Shown here one piece after another: positions 25,607-38,048 of a stretch of 60,000 bases of DNA. Made by a program: the position numbers and the translations under genes. This DNA comes from Malacoraja senta (lineage: Eukaryota). The DNA is taken from the NCBI GenBank assembly GCA_038087875.1, contig CM075989.1:22942001-23002000 (forward strand), given 5' to 3'. Position 1 is the first letter of the stretch. The number at the start of each line of letters is the position of its first letter. The notes beneath the pieces are model-generated. The model was given only the letters and a program-made list of their open reading frames with translations, had not been told where the DNA came from and ran no database searches.

Positions 25607-26427
25607 AGATTGATTGAATTCCATTCCCTCATCAATCATTACCCGTATTTCAGGTATTCTTTTCCTTCTGATGACAATGATTAATGTTCAATCTTTAATT
25701 TCTTACTTTAATTTGTGATATTATTGTTTGAAGGACAGACATTATCACTGTTTACATTAAGCCATAGTAACTGAATATAAACAGTGCTTATCGAAATAGT
25801 CCTCACAAGTTTGACATTTCCTCTTTGGCAACTTTGATATCCTGTTTCCTGGATCACGCCTGTCCTTTATACTTCTGTTTTACCTCGTCACTTTATAGGC
25901 CTCGGCAGTCTGATTCGATAAATAGAGGTGACGATGTGCGAGTGTCTATGGTGCGTGTGAAGCCACATTGCGTTCTGAACACCTCCCAAGGGGATATGGG
26001 GGTCACAGTGTAAGAATAAGGGGTCGGCCATTTAGGACTGAGATGAGGAAAAACATTTTCACCCAGAGAGTTGTGAATCTGTGGAATTCTCCGCCACAGA
26101 AGGCAGTGGAGGCCAATTCACTGGATGTTTTCAAGAGGGAGTTAGATTTAGCTCTTAGGTCTAAAGGAATCAAGGGATATGGGGGGGAAAAAAATGCAGG
26201 AACGGGGTGCTGATTTCAGATGACCAGACATGATCATATTGAATGGCTCGAAGGGCCGAATGGCCTTCTTCAGCACCTATTTTTCCATGTTGACCCAGAA
26301 CTGAGCACGCCATTATATTATTGATGGGCAGAGCTATCTTTGTGCCAGAATTTGTACTCAAAGTTCAATTTGCACATTCACCTCTGCAGATATCCATTAC
26401 ACCGTTGAACATTTTTTGTCATGTTCA

Positions 26428-26720
26428 GGGTGGCACAGGGGTAGAGTTGCTGCCTCACAGCACCAGAGACCCGGATTCCATCCTGACTACGGGTGCTGTC
26501 TGTATGGAGTTTGTACGTTCTGCCCGTGACTGCGTGGGTTTTCTCCGCGTGCTCCCATTTCCTCCCACATTCCAAAAACCTCCAGGCTTGCAGGTCAATT
26601 GGCTTCTGAAAAATAATCCCTAATGTGTAAGATTACAGTGTTAGTGTGTGTGTGTGTGTGTGGGGGGGGAGGAAAAACGCTGGTCGGCACGGACTCGGTG
26701 GGCTGAAGGACCTGCTTCCG
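26428..26720 (+). mobile_element. HE1-type V-SINE
   Basis: Head, V-domain and partial tail. Confidence 0.85.
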
Positions 26721-27309
26721 CAACAGTCCATTGTCTTTTTTCGTTGTCGTAACTTGTTGTGTGTTGTGAATTTTGGCGGACCAAGTATCCTCCGGGGATG
26801 AATGAAGTTCTATCATATCGTGTCGTAGAGGGAGGAATCTCGGAGTACAACTCTGGGAGAACTCGTTACTCCAGTGAATAACACCGGGAGAGTTTATACA
26901 TCCAGATGGGCTGCATTTCAGTGACTCCCTCCTGCACTAAAACACGACCAGAATTTACACATTTTGGTCCGAGGCGCAGATTGATCCTGCATGCCTCAAA
27001 TCCAGTCGGCAGTAATGACACAAGTCAACGCAACAAAAGATATTTAGTTTAAGAAGGAACTGCAGATGCTGGAAAATCGAAGGTAGACAAAAATCCTGGA
27101 GAAACTCAGCGAGTTATTTAGTTTGGTTTAATATAGTGGTAGGACAGCTGACTAAGTGTCAAGAGTGAAAGAGGACCAACTAAAATATTAAGTGGATTTA
27201 GAATGGAGATGAGGAGGAACTTCTTTAATCAGAGGATGTTTCCACTAGTGGGAGAGTCTAGGACCAGAGGACACAGCCTCAGAATAAAGGGACGTACCTT
27301 TAGAATGGA

Positions 27310-27509
27310 AGATAGACAGCGGGACAGGCATCATCTCTGGAGAGAAGGTTTGGGTGGCGTCTCGGGTAGAGGCTCGAAACGTTAAGTAAGAAGGGTCTCA
27401 ACCCAAAACGTCACCCATTGCTTCTCTTCAGAGATGCTGCCTGTATCGTCGAGTTACTCCAGCGTTTCATGTCTTTCTCCGGTGTAAACCAGCATCCGCA
27501 GTTCCTTCC
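27310..27509. mobile_element. Inverted pair of hammerhead-core elements inside a CR1 3' end
   Basis: 15-bp TSD tacctttagaatgga. Confidence 0.75.
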
Positions 27510-28381
27510 TACCTTTAGAATGGAGATGGAGGGATTTCTTTAGCCAGAGCGTGGTGGGTCTATGAAATTCATTGCCACAGACGGCAGTGGAGGCCAAGAC
27601 ATTGGGTATTTTTAAAGCAGAGATGGATATGTTCTTGATTAGCAAAGGCTCAAAGGTCACAGGCAGAAGGCAGGAGAATGGGGTCGAGAGGGAACAATAG
27701 ATCAGCCACGATCGAATAGAGGAGCAAACTCGATGGGCTGAATGGTCTAATTCTGCATTTACGTCTTATGATCTAAAGGTGAGAAACATCAATGGATCAG
27801 GAACTGAAGAAAAGAACACTGACACAAGAGAAATGCGTGATTGAACAGCACGCTGGGCTAAAATACCACTCATTTCCAAAGGTGCTGTTGCTGTGGTAAC
27901 CACTTATTAGTGGTGAACTTTTTTGAAACCAGAGTCAGAATTCTGGCCTAATTAAAAAAGGTACAGGGAAGGTTCTGGAAACAAAATGTCACATACTTAA
28001 TAAACCACACTGGAGAGATATTAAAAAAAAAAAAAACATAATCAGTTGTGAACCTTTGAAATGTTATTTAATCTTTTAGTTTCGGACTCAGCCTTTTACA
28101 CCACAGTGGCCCAGCTGGTAGAGATGCTGTCTCAGCGCCAGAGACCCCGACTCAAAGCTGACCTCAGGTGCTGGCTGTGTGGAGTTTGCACGTTCTCACT
28201 GTGAATGTGGGTGTTTCCAACAAGTTCTCCGGGTTTAAGGTCATAAGTTCATAAGTGATAGGACTAGAATGAGGCCATTCGGCCCATCAAACCTACTCCG
28301 CCATTCAATCATGGCTGATCTTCCTCTCCCTCCGAACCCCAATCTCCTGCCTTCTCCCCATAACCTCTGATACCCGTACTA

Positions 28382-31300
28382 AACTAGAATGGTTGGGGGG
28401 AGGGACTCAAATAGAGAATGCTATTAGACAGTGTGTGAGGCAGGAGGCAGAGAAGGAAAGCACTCAGACCCAACATGTAGGGGTGAAAGAAGAAAACAAT
28501 AATAAACAGAGAATAAGAGGTGGTGGGGTTCTTAAATGGGTGAGCAGAGAAACAGAGGGGTGTAAAATGCGGGCGGAAGCAATAGGTAGCAAGGTGAAAG
28601 GTAAAAGTGGCAGGCAGACAAATTCAGGGCAAAAATCAAAAAGAGCCACTTTTCAACATAATTGTATAAGGGGTAAGAGCGTTGTAAAAACAAGCCTGAA
28701 GGCTTTGTGTCTCAATGCAAGGAGCATTCGTAATAAGGTGGATGAGTTGAACGTGCAGATAGCAATTAATGATTATGATATAGTTGGGATCACGGAGACA
28801 TGGCTCCAAGGTGACCAAGGCTGGGAGCTGAACATCCAGGGGATATTCAATATTCAGGAGGGATAGAGAGAAAGGAAAAGGAGGTGGGGTAGCGTTGCTG
28901 GTTAGAGAGGAGATTAACGCAGTGGAAAGGAAGGACATTAGCTTGGAGGATGTGGAATCGGTATGGGTAGAGCTGCGAAACACTAAGGGGCAGAAAACGC
29001 TGGTGGGCGTTGTGTACAGGCCACCTAGCAGTAGTAGTGAAGTTGGGGATGGCATCAAAACAGGAAATTAGAAATGCGTGCAACAAAGGCAAAACAGTTA
29101 TAATGGGTGACTTCAATCTACATATAGATTGGGTGAATCAAATTGGCAGGGGTGCTGAGGAAGAGGATTTCTTGGAATGTATGAGGGATAGTTATCTAAA
29201 CCAACATGTAGAGGAACCAACGAGAGAGCAGGCTATTCTAGACTGGGTATTGAGTAATGAGGAAGGGTTAGTTAGCAGACTTGTTGTGCGTGCCCCCTTG
29301 GGCAAGAGTGATCATAATATGGTTGAGTTCTTCATTAGGATGGAGAGTGACATTGTTAATTCAGAAACAACAGTTCTGAACTTAAAGAAAGGTAACTTTG
29401 AGGGTATGAGATGTGAATTGGCCAAGATTGACTGGCAATTAGTTCTAAAAGGGTTGATGGTGGATATGCAATGGAAGGCATTTAAAGACTGCATGGATGA
29501 ACTACAAAAATTGTTCATCCCAGTTTGGCAAAAGAATAAATCAAGGAAGGTAGTGCATCCGTGGATAACAAGGGAAATCAGGGATAGTATCAAAGCAAAA
29601 GATGATGCGTACAAATTAGCTAGAAAAAGCAGCATACCAGAGGACTGGGAGAAATTCAGAGACCAGCAGAGGAGGACAAAGGGCTTAATTAGGAAAGGGA
29701 AAATAGATTATGAAAGGAAACTGGCAGGGAACATAAAAACTGACTGCAAAAGTTTTTATAGATATGTGAAGAGAAAGAGATTAGTTAAATCAAATGTAGG
29801 TCCCTTGCAGTCAGAAACAGGTGAATTGATCATGGGGAACAAGGATATGGCAGACCAATTGAATAACTACTTTGGTTCCGTCTTCACTAAGGAAGACATA
29901 AATAATCTGCCGGAAATAGCAGGGGGCCGCGGGTCAAAGGAGATGGAGGAACTGAGTGAAATCCAGGTTAGTCGGGAAGTGGTGTTGGGTAAATTGAATG
30001 GATTAAAGGCCGATAAATCACCAGGGCCAGATAGGCTGCATCCCAGAGTACTTAAGGAAGTAGCTCCAGAAATAGTGGATGCATTAGTGATAATTTTTCA
30101 AAACTCTTTAGATTCTGGAGTAGTTCCTGAGGATTGGAGGGTAGCAAACGTAACCCCACTTTTTAAGAAGGAGGGAGAGAGAAAACGGGGAATTACAGAC
30201 CAGTTAGTCTAACATCGGTAGTGGGGAAACTGTTAGAGTCAGTTATTAAAGATGGGATAGCAGCACATTTGGAAAGTGGTGAAATCATTGGACAAAGTCA
30301 GCATGGATTTACGAAAGGTAAATCGTGTCTGACGAATCTTATAGAATTTTTCGAGGATGTAACTAGTAGAGTGGATAGGGGAGAACCAGTGGATGTGTTG
30401 TATCTGGACTTTCAGAAGGCTTTCGACAAGGTACCACATAAGAGATTAGGATACAAACTTAAATCACACGGTATTGGGGGTTCAGTATTGATGTGGATAG
30501 AGAACTGGCTGGCAAACAGGAAGCAAAGAGTAGGAGTAAACGGGTCCTTTTCACAATGGCAGGCAGTGACTAGTGGGGTACCGCAAGGCTCAGTGCTGGG
30601 ACCCCAGCTATTTACAATTTATATTAATGATCTGGACGAGGGAATTGAAAGCAACATCTCCAAGTTTGCGGATGACACTAAGCTGGGGGGCAGTGTTAGC
30701 TGTGAGGAGGATGCTAGGAGACTGCAAGGTGACTTGGATAGGCTGGGTGAGTGGGCAAATGTTTGGCAGATGCAGTATAATGTGGATAAATGTGAGGTTA
30801 TCCACTTTGGTAGCAAAAACGGGAAGGCAGACTATTATCTATGGTGGCCGATTAGGAAATGGGGAGATGCAGCGAGACCTGGGTGTCATGGTACACCAGT
30901 CATTGAAAGTAGGCATGCAGGTGCAGCAGGCAGTGAAGAAAGCGAATGGTATGTTGGCCTTCATAGCAAGAGGATTTGAGTATAGGAGCAGCGAGGTTCT
31001 ACTGCAGTTGTACAGGGTCTTGGTGAGACCACACCTGGAGTATTGCGTACAGTTTTGGTCTCCAAATCTGAGGAAGGACATTATAGCCATAGAGGGAGTG
31101 CAGAGAAGGTTCACCAGACTGATTCCTGGGATGTCAGGACTTTCATATGAAGAAAGACTGGATAGACTTGGCTTATACTCGCTAGAATTTAGGAGATTGA
31201 GAGGGGATCTTATAGAAACGTACAAGATTCTTATGGGGTTGGACAGGCTAGATGCAGGAAGATTGTTCCCGATGTTGGGGAAGTCCAGGACAAGGGGTCA

Positions 31301-31598
31301 CAGCTTAAGGATAAGGGGGAAATCCTTTAGGACCGAGATGAGGAAAAACTTTTTCACACAGAGAGTGGTGAATCTCTGGAACTCTCTGCCACAGAGGGTA
31401 GTTGAGGCCAGTTCATTGGCTATATTTAAGAAGGAATTAGATGTGGCCCTTGTGGCTAAAGGGATCAGGGGGTATGGAGAGAAGGCAGGTACGGGATACT
31501 GAGTTGGATGATCAGCCATGATCGTATTGAATGGCGGTGCAGGCTCGAAGGGCCGAATGGCCTACTCCTGCACCTATTTTCTATGTATCTATGTATCT
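28382..31598 (+). mobile_element. CR1 (HER1-like) LINE, 5'-truncated, with near-complete ORF2 (APE endonuclease + RT) broken by frameshifts
   Basis: APE motifs LNARSI, GITETW, MGDFN and SDH; RT motifs YLDFQKAFDKV, GVPQGSVLGP and KFADD. Frame changes near 28840, 30175 and 30840. (TATCTATG)n tail. Confidence 0.96.
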
Positions 31599-31759
31599 AT
31601 AATCACGAATCTATCTATCTCTGCCATAAAAATATCCACTGACTTGGCCTCCACAGATTCACCACCCTCTGACAAAAGACATCTCTCCTCATCTCCTTCC
31701 TAAAAGAAGTTCCCTCCCACACCCCAAAGATGTGCAGGTTTGTAGACTTTTCTTTAGGC

Positions 31760-32060
31760 TTTAGTGATACAGCACAGAAAGAGGCCATTTGGCCCACGGG
31801 TCCACGCCAGCCCGTGATCACCCCATACACAAGCACTACCCTACTCACACTAGGGACAATTTATGATTTTACCGAGGCCAATTAATCTACAAACATGTAC
31901 GTCTTTGGAGTGTGGGAGGAAACCGGAGCACCTGGGGAAAACCCACGCAGGTCATGGGTAGAACGTGCAAACTCCGTACAGACAGCTTCCACGGTGAGGA
32001 TTGAAGCTGGGTCTCTGGCGCTACAAGGCAGCAACTCTACCGCTGCGCCACCGTGCTGCC
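31760..32060 (-). mobile_element. HE1-type V-SINE
   Basis: Head, V-domain and tail. Confidence 0.85.
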
Positions 32061-32628
32061 TAATTGTAGGTTAATTGGCCTTTGTAGAATTGCCCACAGT
32101 GTATGTGCAAGTGGGATAGCAGAGAACTAGTGTGAATGGGTGTTCGATGGTCAGCATGGACTGGGTGGGCCAAAGGGCCTGTTTCCATGCTGTATCTCTA
32201 ACAAAGACCAGATGCCAAATTGGTTCAAATCCAAACCCGCACATTCCCACGACATTCAGTTGAAGTGTAGGGAGCTTCAAACCTTGGTCATTAAAGCCCA
32301 GGTTTACTGTGTATGAAAGATCTGGTCTTATTTGCAAACGGATGATAGCTTAGAACAAAGCCAGTCGCGCAAAAGACGGTTCACATAATTTATGAAACGT
32401 AAACTTCGTAGTTCTAGTCCATGGCTCAAGTTTTATAAATGACCCACAAAGTCAAAAACTACAGGCAAGAAATAGTAGCTTACGACCAACAGTTCAAAAT
32501 GAAGTTCACAAACCTCAGGTCAGGATTAAACTTGGCACCACCATGGCATGATACCTTGTTCAGTTTTAAGGTGGCACAGCGGTAGAGTTGCTGCCTCACA
32601 GCAGCAGAGACCCGGGTTCGATCCTGAC

Positions 32629-32727
32629 ACTAGTCTGAAGAAGGGTCTCGACCCGAAACGTCACCCATTCCTTCGCTCCAGTGATGCTGCCTGTCCCGCT
32701 GAGTTACTCCAGCTTTGTGTCCACCTA
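32629..32727 (+). mobile_element. Hammerhead-core element inserted just after the B box of an HE1 SINE
   Basis: 10-bp TSD cgatcctgac. Confidence 0.8.
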
Positions 32728-33091
32728 CGATCCTGACTACGGGTGCTGTCTGTACGGAGTTTGTACGTTCTCCCCGTGACCTGCGTGGGTTTTCTCCGAG
32801 ATCTTCGGTTTCATCCCACACTCCAAAGACGTACAGGTTTGTAGTTTAATTGGCTTGGTATATTAATGTTTCCACTCTGTATGACTCCATGAAACAGATA
32901 TTTTTTACTGCAACATTGACCCTTCAGTGTAAGATGTATTGCTATTTCTATTGTGAAGTAATCCTCGATTATATTTAAACAATAATTGAACGTTTTGCCC
33001 TTTGAGTCATTCAATAATTCATGAACCGTAGAGTTTTTAAATAATGATTATAATGTTCAGAAAAAAAGTTAGAGTAAAATCTTCAGGAAAG

Positions 33092-33315
33092 AAATGTTTA
33101 AAAAAAAAGAACTGCAGATGCTGGAAAAATCTAAGGTAGACAAAAATGCTGGAGTAACTCAGCGGGTGAGGCAGCATCTATGGAGCGAAGGATCAGGCGA
33201 TGTTTCAGGTCGAGACCCTTCTTCAGACTGAAGAAGGGTCTCGACCCCAAACGTCGCCTATTCCCTCGCTCCATAGATGCTGCCTCACCCGCTGAGTTTC
33301 TCCAGCATTTTTGTC
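33092..33315. mobile_element. Head-to-head inverted pair of hammerhead-core elements
   Basis: Palindrome centred on ttcagactgaa (~33225); 12-bp TSD tcttcaggaaag. Confidence 0.8.
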
Positions 33316-33403
33316 TCTTCAGGAAAGTGATTGTTATTTGTGTTTTTTAATCTCCAAGCTGCATTTAACAGAGGAGAGGACAATTTGAATTGGAAGGGGT
33401 TAA

Positions 33404-33702
33404 GATTATGATCATCATCATCGTTGAAAACATCAATGGGCACGGTGCCTTACAATGCCGTGTACAACAGCGATCGCAACTTCTACTGAAGTGTGGATGG
33501 CCGTCGGCTCGCTAGGAGCTCATCTGCCCTTTGACAGGTCTTGTTTTTGGTCCTGCTGGGGGTCCACAACCCCCTCCTCACCTGGCAAACCAGGTGGGGG
33601 AGACAGTTTAGTTGCCGACTATCCGACCATGGAGCAGGTAGCACGGGATTACATGGTACCTGTGGCGGGGGGAACTCCCCCCAATCTGACGTGTATATGA
33701 AG
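33404..33702 (-). mobile_element. RTE-like non-autonomous retroelement, second copy
   Basis: Shared body and (ATG)n tail; aggggttaa occurs near both ends. Confidence 0.65.
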
Positions 33703-34679
33703 AGGGGTTAAATGTAGGCTTGGAGACACTGAGGCGACTACAGATGTAGGAATCAGGAACAACGACGAACAAGGAACTCAGCAGGTCAAGCAGCATTTGT
33801 GGCGATAACTGGATGGTCAATGTTTGGGGTGAAAACCCAGCGTCAGGTCCTGATACAGTGACTGCCCAGAATATAGCCCACCCCTTTGCCTTCATAGATG
33901 CTGCTTGACCCGCTGAGTTGCACCAGCAGCTAGTTTAATGTCAGCTTAGCTCATTCTCTCGCTATTTGTCGTCGGATGAATCACTTTGTGGAGGCACCAG
34001 AAACTGTAGCCGCTGAGAAAAATACACAAAGTGCTGGAGGAACTCAGCGGGTCAGGCAGCATCTGCGAAGAGAATGGACAGATGATATTTCAGCCTGAAG
34101 AAAAGTCCGGAACTGAATCCTCATTAGTCCATTCCCTTCACAGGTGCTGCCTGAGCCTCTGAGATCACACATTTAAGAAAGAACTGCAGATGCTGGAAAA
34201 ATCGAAAGTGGACAAAAATTGCTGGAGAAACTCAGCGGGTGATGCAGCATCTATGGAGAGAAGGAATAGGCGACGTTCCGGGTCTCGACCCAACATGATG
34301 TGACTATTTGCTTCCAACACTCCCAGGCAGAGCTGAATATGTTGTTCACTCGTTTAGTAACGGAGGAAGTTGATGAAATTAACTCAAAACTGTGGACAAT
34401 ATGAAAAATAAACACAAACTGGAAATGTTTTCGTGATTAATATGTTTTTTTTCCTGAACTCTTACATCCAGTTCCAGGAAAATGGTCTGGAACAAAAAAA
34501 TCATTTAACTTCCACCTTGGAAAAATATTCCCCTCTATTTTTAAATGTCTTGATTGTGTACGAGGCGTGGAAAGTGGAAAGGATGTACAAACACACGCAG
34601 ACCGCGATTTCAAATCCTTTGTTGCCGCCGCACTTTCCAAGAATTACAAATGCACAAATTTAGCTGCAGATTTAGCGTC

Positions 34680-35417
34680 AAGTTGGGAAAAGGGGAAGTA
34701 CAACGGGATCTGGGGGTCCTTGTACATCAGTCTATGAAAGTAAGCATGCAGGTACAGCAGGCAGTGAAGAAATCGAATGGCATGTTGGCCTTTATAGCAA
34801 GAGGAATCGAATATAGGAGTAAATAGGTCCTTCTGCAGTTGTACAGAGCCCTAGTGAGACCACACCTGGAGTATTGTGTGCAGTTTTGGTCCCCTAATTT
34901 GAGGAAGGACATTCTTGCTATTGAGGGAGTGCAGCGTAGGTTTGCAAGGTTAATTCATGGGATGGCGGGACTGTCATATGCTGAGAGAATGGAGCAGCTG
35001 GGTTTGTACACTCTGGAGTTTAGAAGGATGAGAGGCGATCTCATTGAAACATATAAGATTGTTAAGGGCTTGGACACGCTAGAGGCAGGAAACATGTTCC
35101 CGATGTTGGGGGAGTCCAAAACCAGGGGCCACAGTTTAAGAATAAGGAATGAGCCATTTAGAACAGAGACGAGGAAACACTTTTTCTCACAGAGAGTGGT
35201 GAGTCTGTGGAATTCTCTGTCTCAGAGGGCGGTGGAGGCCGGTTCTCTGGATGCTTTCAAGAGAGAGCTAGATAGGGCTCTTAAAAATAGCAGAGTCAGG
35301 GGATATGGGGAGAAGGCAGGAACGGGGTACTGATTGGGGATGATCAGCCATGATCACATTGAATGGCGGTGCTGGCTTGAAGGGCCGAATGGCCTACTCC
35401 TGCACCTATTGTCTATT
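34680..35417 (+). mobile_element. CR1 LINE 3' fragment (second subfamily, TTGTCTA-type tail)
   Basis: ORF2 C-terminus (YRALVRPHLEYCVQFWSP...GYGEKAGTGY) with an internal stop. Confidence 0.93.
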
Positions 35418-36063
35418 AATACTTCAGAAGATGGGCAAGTCATTATAAGCAGTATCTGTGTTTAGATAGCATGCAAATCAAAGCATTTCACTGTACTTTT
35501 GTACACATGACAATAATAAATCTAAACCATGTCCCTGACCCCATTCCCTTCTCGAGACGGTTTAATTTTAGTTTAGTTTAGAGATACGGTGTGAAAATAG
35601 CCCCTTCGGCCCACCGTGTCCACACCGACCAACAACCACCCATACCCTAGTTGTACGTTATCCTAAGATGCTAGAACAACTCAGCAGGTCAGGCAGCATC
35701 TCTGGAGAAATAGGACGTGCGACGTTGCGGGTCGGAATCCTTCTACAGACCCTCATCTACACTCCACGTTATCTTAGTTTTGCATCAGACACACCAAAGG
35801 GGCAATTTACAGAAACCAATCAACCTGCAAACCTGTACGTCTTTGGGATGTGGGAGGAACCCAGAGCACCCGGAGAAAACCCACGCTGTCCTCGCAGGGG
35901 GGACGTACAAATTTGGTGCAGACAGCACCCGTGGTCAGGATGGAACCGCGGTCTCTGGCGCTGTGAGGCACCAACTCTATCACCATGCCCCCACTAATCG
36001 CTCCATTGCAAGCTGCAGGTGGGGCACTGGTGATTGGGTGATTACTCGTTTCCCTGGACTCAC

Positions 36064-36108
36064 CTCCTCCGGCAGCGGCAGCCTATTCATCATCTCCAGC
36101 ACGGACAT
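36064..36108 (-). CDS. Candidate alternative first coding exon of the MCTP2-like gene (MSVLEMMNRLPLPEE)
   Basis: cgaccATG start with an in-frame TGA three codons upstream, 15 codons, then a strong phase-0 donor GAG|gtgagt compatible with the phase-0 acceptor at 22615. Lies in unique GC-rich sequence. Confidence 0.5.
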
Positions 36109-36360
36109 GGTCGGTCAACCTGCTGAAGTCCTCCTCGCTGGGCCAGCCGACCACCGCACTTCAAGGCTGTGCACCAACTGGACTGGATGTCCTCGGGACC
36201 CGCTCTGTCCCCACCGGTCCACCCCCCCCGCTTCCCAGTTACGCTTCCCTGCCTCGGGAGCTCCGCAAAATACACACACCTCCCTCCAGCCCGCTCCGTG
36301 ACCTGCAGCTACTAGCCGCCTCAGCACTGCGTTCCGCTCCACGCCCATCCCTCCGATCTC
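36109..36360 (-). promoter_or_regulatory. GC/CpG-rich putative internal promoter and 5'UTR
   Basis: Non-repetitive GC-rich stretch with a GGGCGTGG GC-box (about 36338-36345, minus strand) upstream of the candidate exon. Confidence 0.4.
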
Positions 36361-37519
36361 TGCCTCCTACACCCTTGCTCGAGACAGAGGAACAACATCT
36401 CATCCTATGACTAAGCCAACATCAGCCTTGTCTCAACAATGACATCAACTATTCCAGATAATGAGCTTCTCCTGCTTCTTGGTTTAGGTTTCAGATTCCC
36501 AGCATCCACAGTATCTTCCCTTTGTTATTTCACATAATGATTCCTCCTCCCCTGTCCGCACCCACACGAGACCAAATCTTTTGTTTCGCTCCAATCACTG
36601 CCGTCATTTCAACCTCTTCCACCTTCCGCACGGATCCAGCTCATCCCCTTCACCCTCACTTCTCTGAACATGCTCATGTCTACCTTCTACCTGCTATCAA
36701 ACTGAAACGTTGGGGACTCGAGAAACTGCAGATGCTGGAATCTTGAACAAAAGTCTTTCACACAGAGAGTGGTGGGTGCCTGGAACAGCCCGTCAGTGGG
36801 GGGGGCGGTGGTGGAGGCAGATACGATAGTGGCCTTCGAAAGGCACACTGAAACACAGGGAAAGGAGGAATATTGTTCACCAGCTGCCAGGGGAACTCGG
36901 CGGGTCAGGCAGCAACCCTGGACAGTATGTGCAGGAAGGAAGTGCAGCTGCTGGTTTAAACCGAAGGTAGACACAAGATGCTGGAGTAACTCAGCGAGAC
37001 AGGCAGCATCTCTGGAGAGAAGGAACGGGTGAAGTTTCCGGTCGGCCAGTCTGAAGAAGGGTCTCGTCCCGAAATGTCACCCATTGCTTCTCTTCAGCGA
37101 TGCTGCCGGACCCATTGAATTACTCCAGCACTTTGTGTCTATCCTCGCTATAAATAAGCATCTGCAGCTTGTTCAGTTTTAGGGCGGCAAGGTGGCGCAA
37201 CGGTAGAGTTGCTGCCTTAGAGCACCAGAGACCTGGGTTCGATCCTGATACTAGTCTGAAGGGTCTCAACCTGAAACCTGGAGACACAAAATTACTCCAG
37301 TATTTTGTGTCTATCTGTGGAGAGTATGGACAGGCGGCATTTTGAATGTCATAATGACAAGAGCTTCTGGAAAAGTGTCAAATAGTACAGAAAAAATAAT
37401 TCTCAATTTTACAATTTTACAATATATTAATACCCAGTCACAAACTTCACTCTAATAAATATTTTAGACAGGAGAATTCTTTTTCAGCTGCCACAAACAA
37501 GGGCCAACACGATTCCTCT

Positions 37520-38048
37520 TTAGACTTTAGAGATACAACGTGGAAACAGGCCCTGTAGCCCATTGAGTCCACGCCGACCAGAATCCCCACACACCAACAC
37601 TATTCTTCACATACTAGGGACAACTTACACCGAGCCAATTGAACTACAAACGTACGACTTTAGAGTGGGGGAGGAAACCGAAGATCTCGGAGAAAACTCA
37701 CATAGGTTACGGGAAGAACGTACAAACTCCGTACAGGCAGCACCGGTTGTCGGGTTCGAACCCGGGTCTCCTGCGCTGCAAGCACTGTAAGACAGCAACT
37801 CTACCGCTGCGCCACCGTTCAAATGTTATCTCACGTTCTCGTGCGCTACCGACATCCATGGGGGATTTACAAAAGTCAATTAATCTACAAACCCACAAGA
37901 CTTGAGTGAGGAAGGAAACCGGAGCACCCGAAGAAAACCCACGCGGTCACAGGGAGAACATACAAACTCCACACAGACAGCACCCGTAGTCAGGATTGAA
38001 CCCGGGTCTCTGGCGCTGTGAGGCAGCAACTCTACCGCTGCACCACCA
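37520..38048 (-). mobile_element. Two HE1-type V-SINEs in tandem
   Basis: Heads end at about 37818 and 38048. Confidence 0.85.

Noticed and set aside
33480..33535. Hammerhead-like cagatgagctc...gagc (minus strand) in the RTE-like element
   Set aside because: Lacks the CUGA and GAAA core nucleotides.
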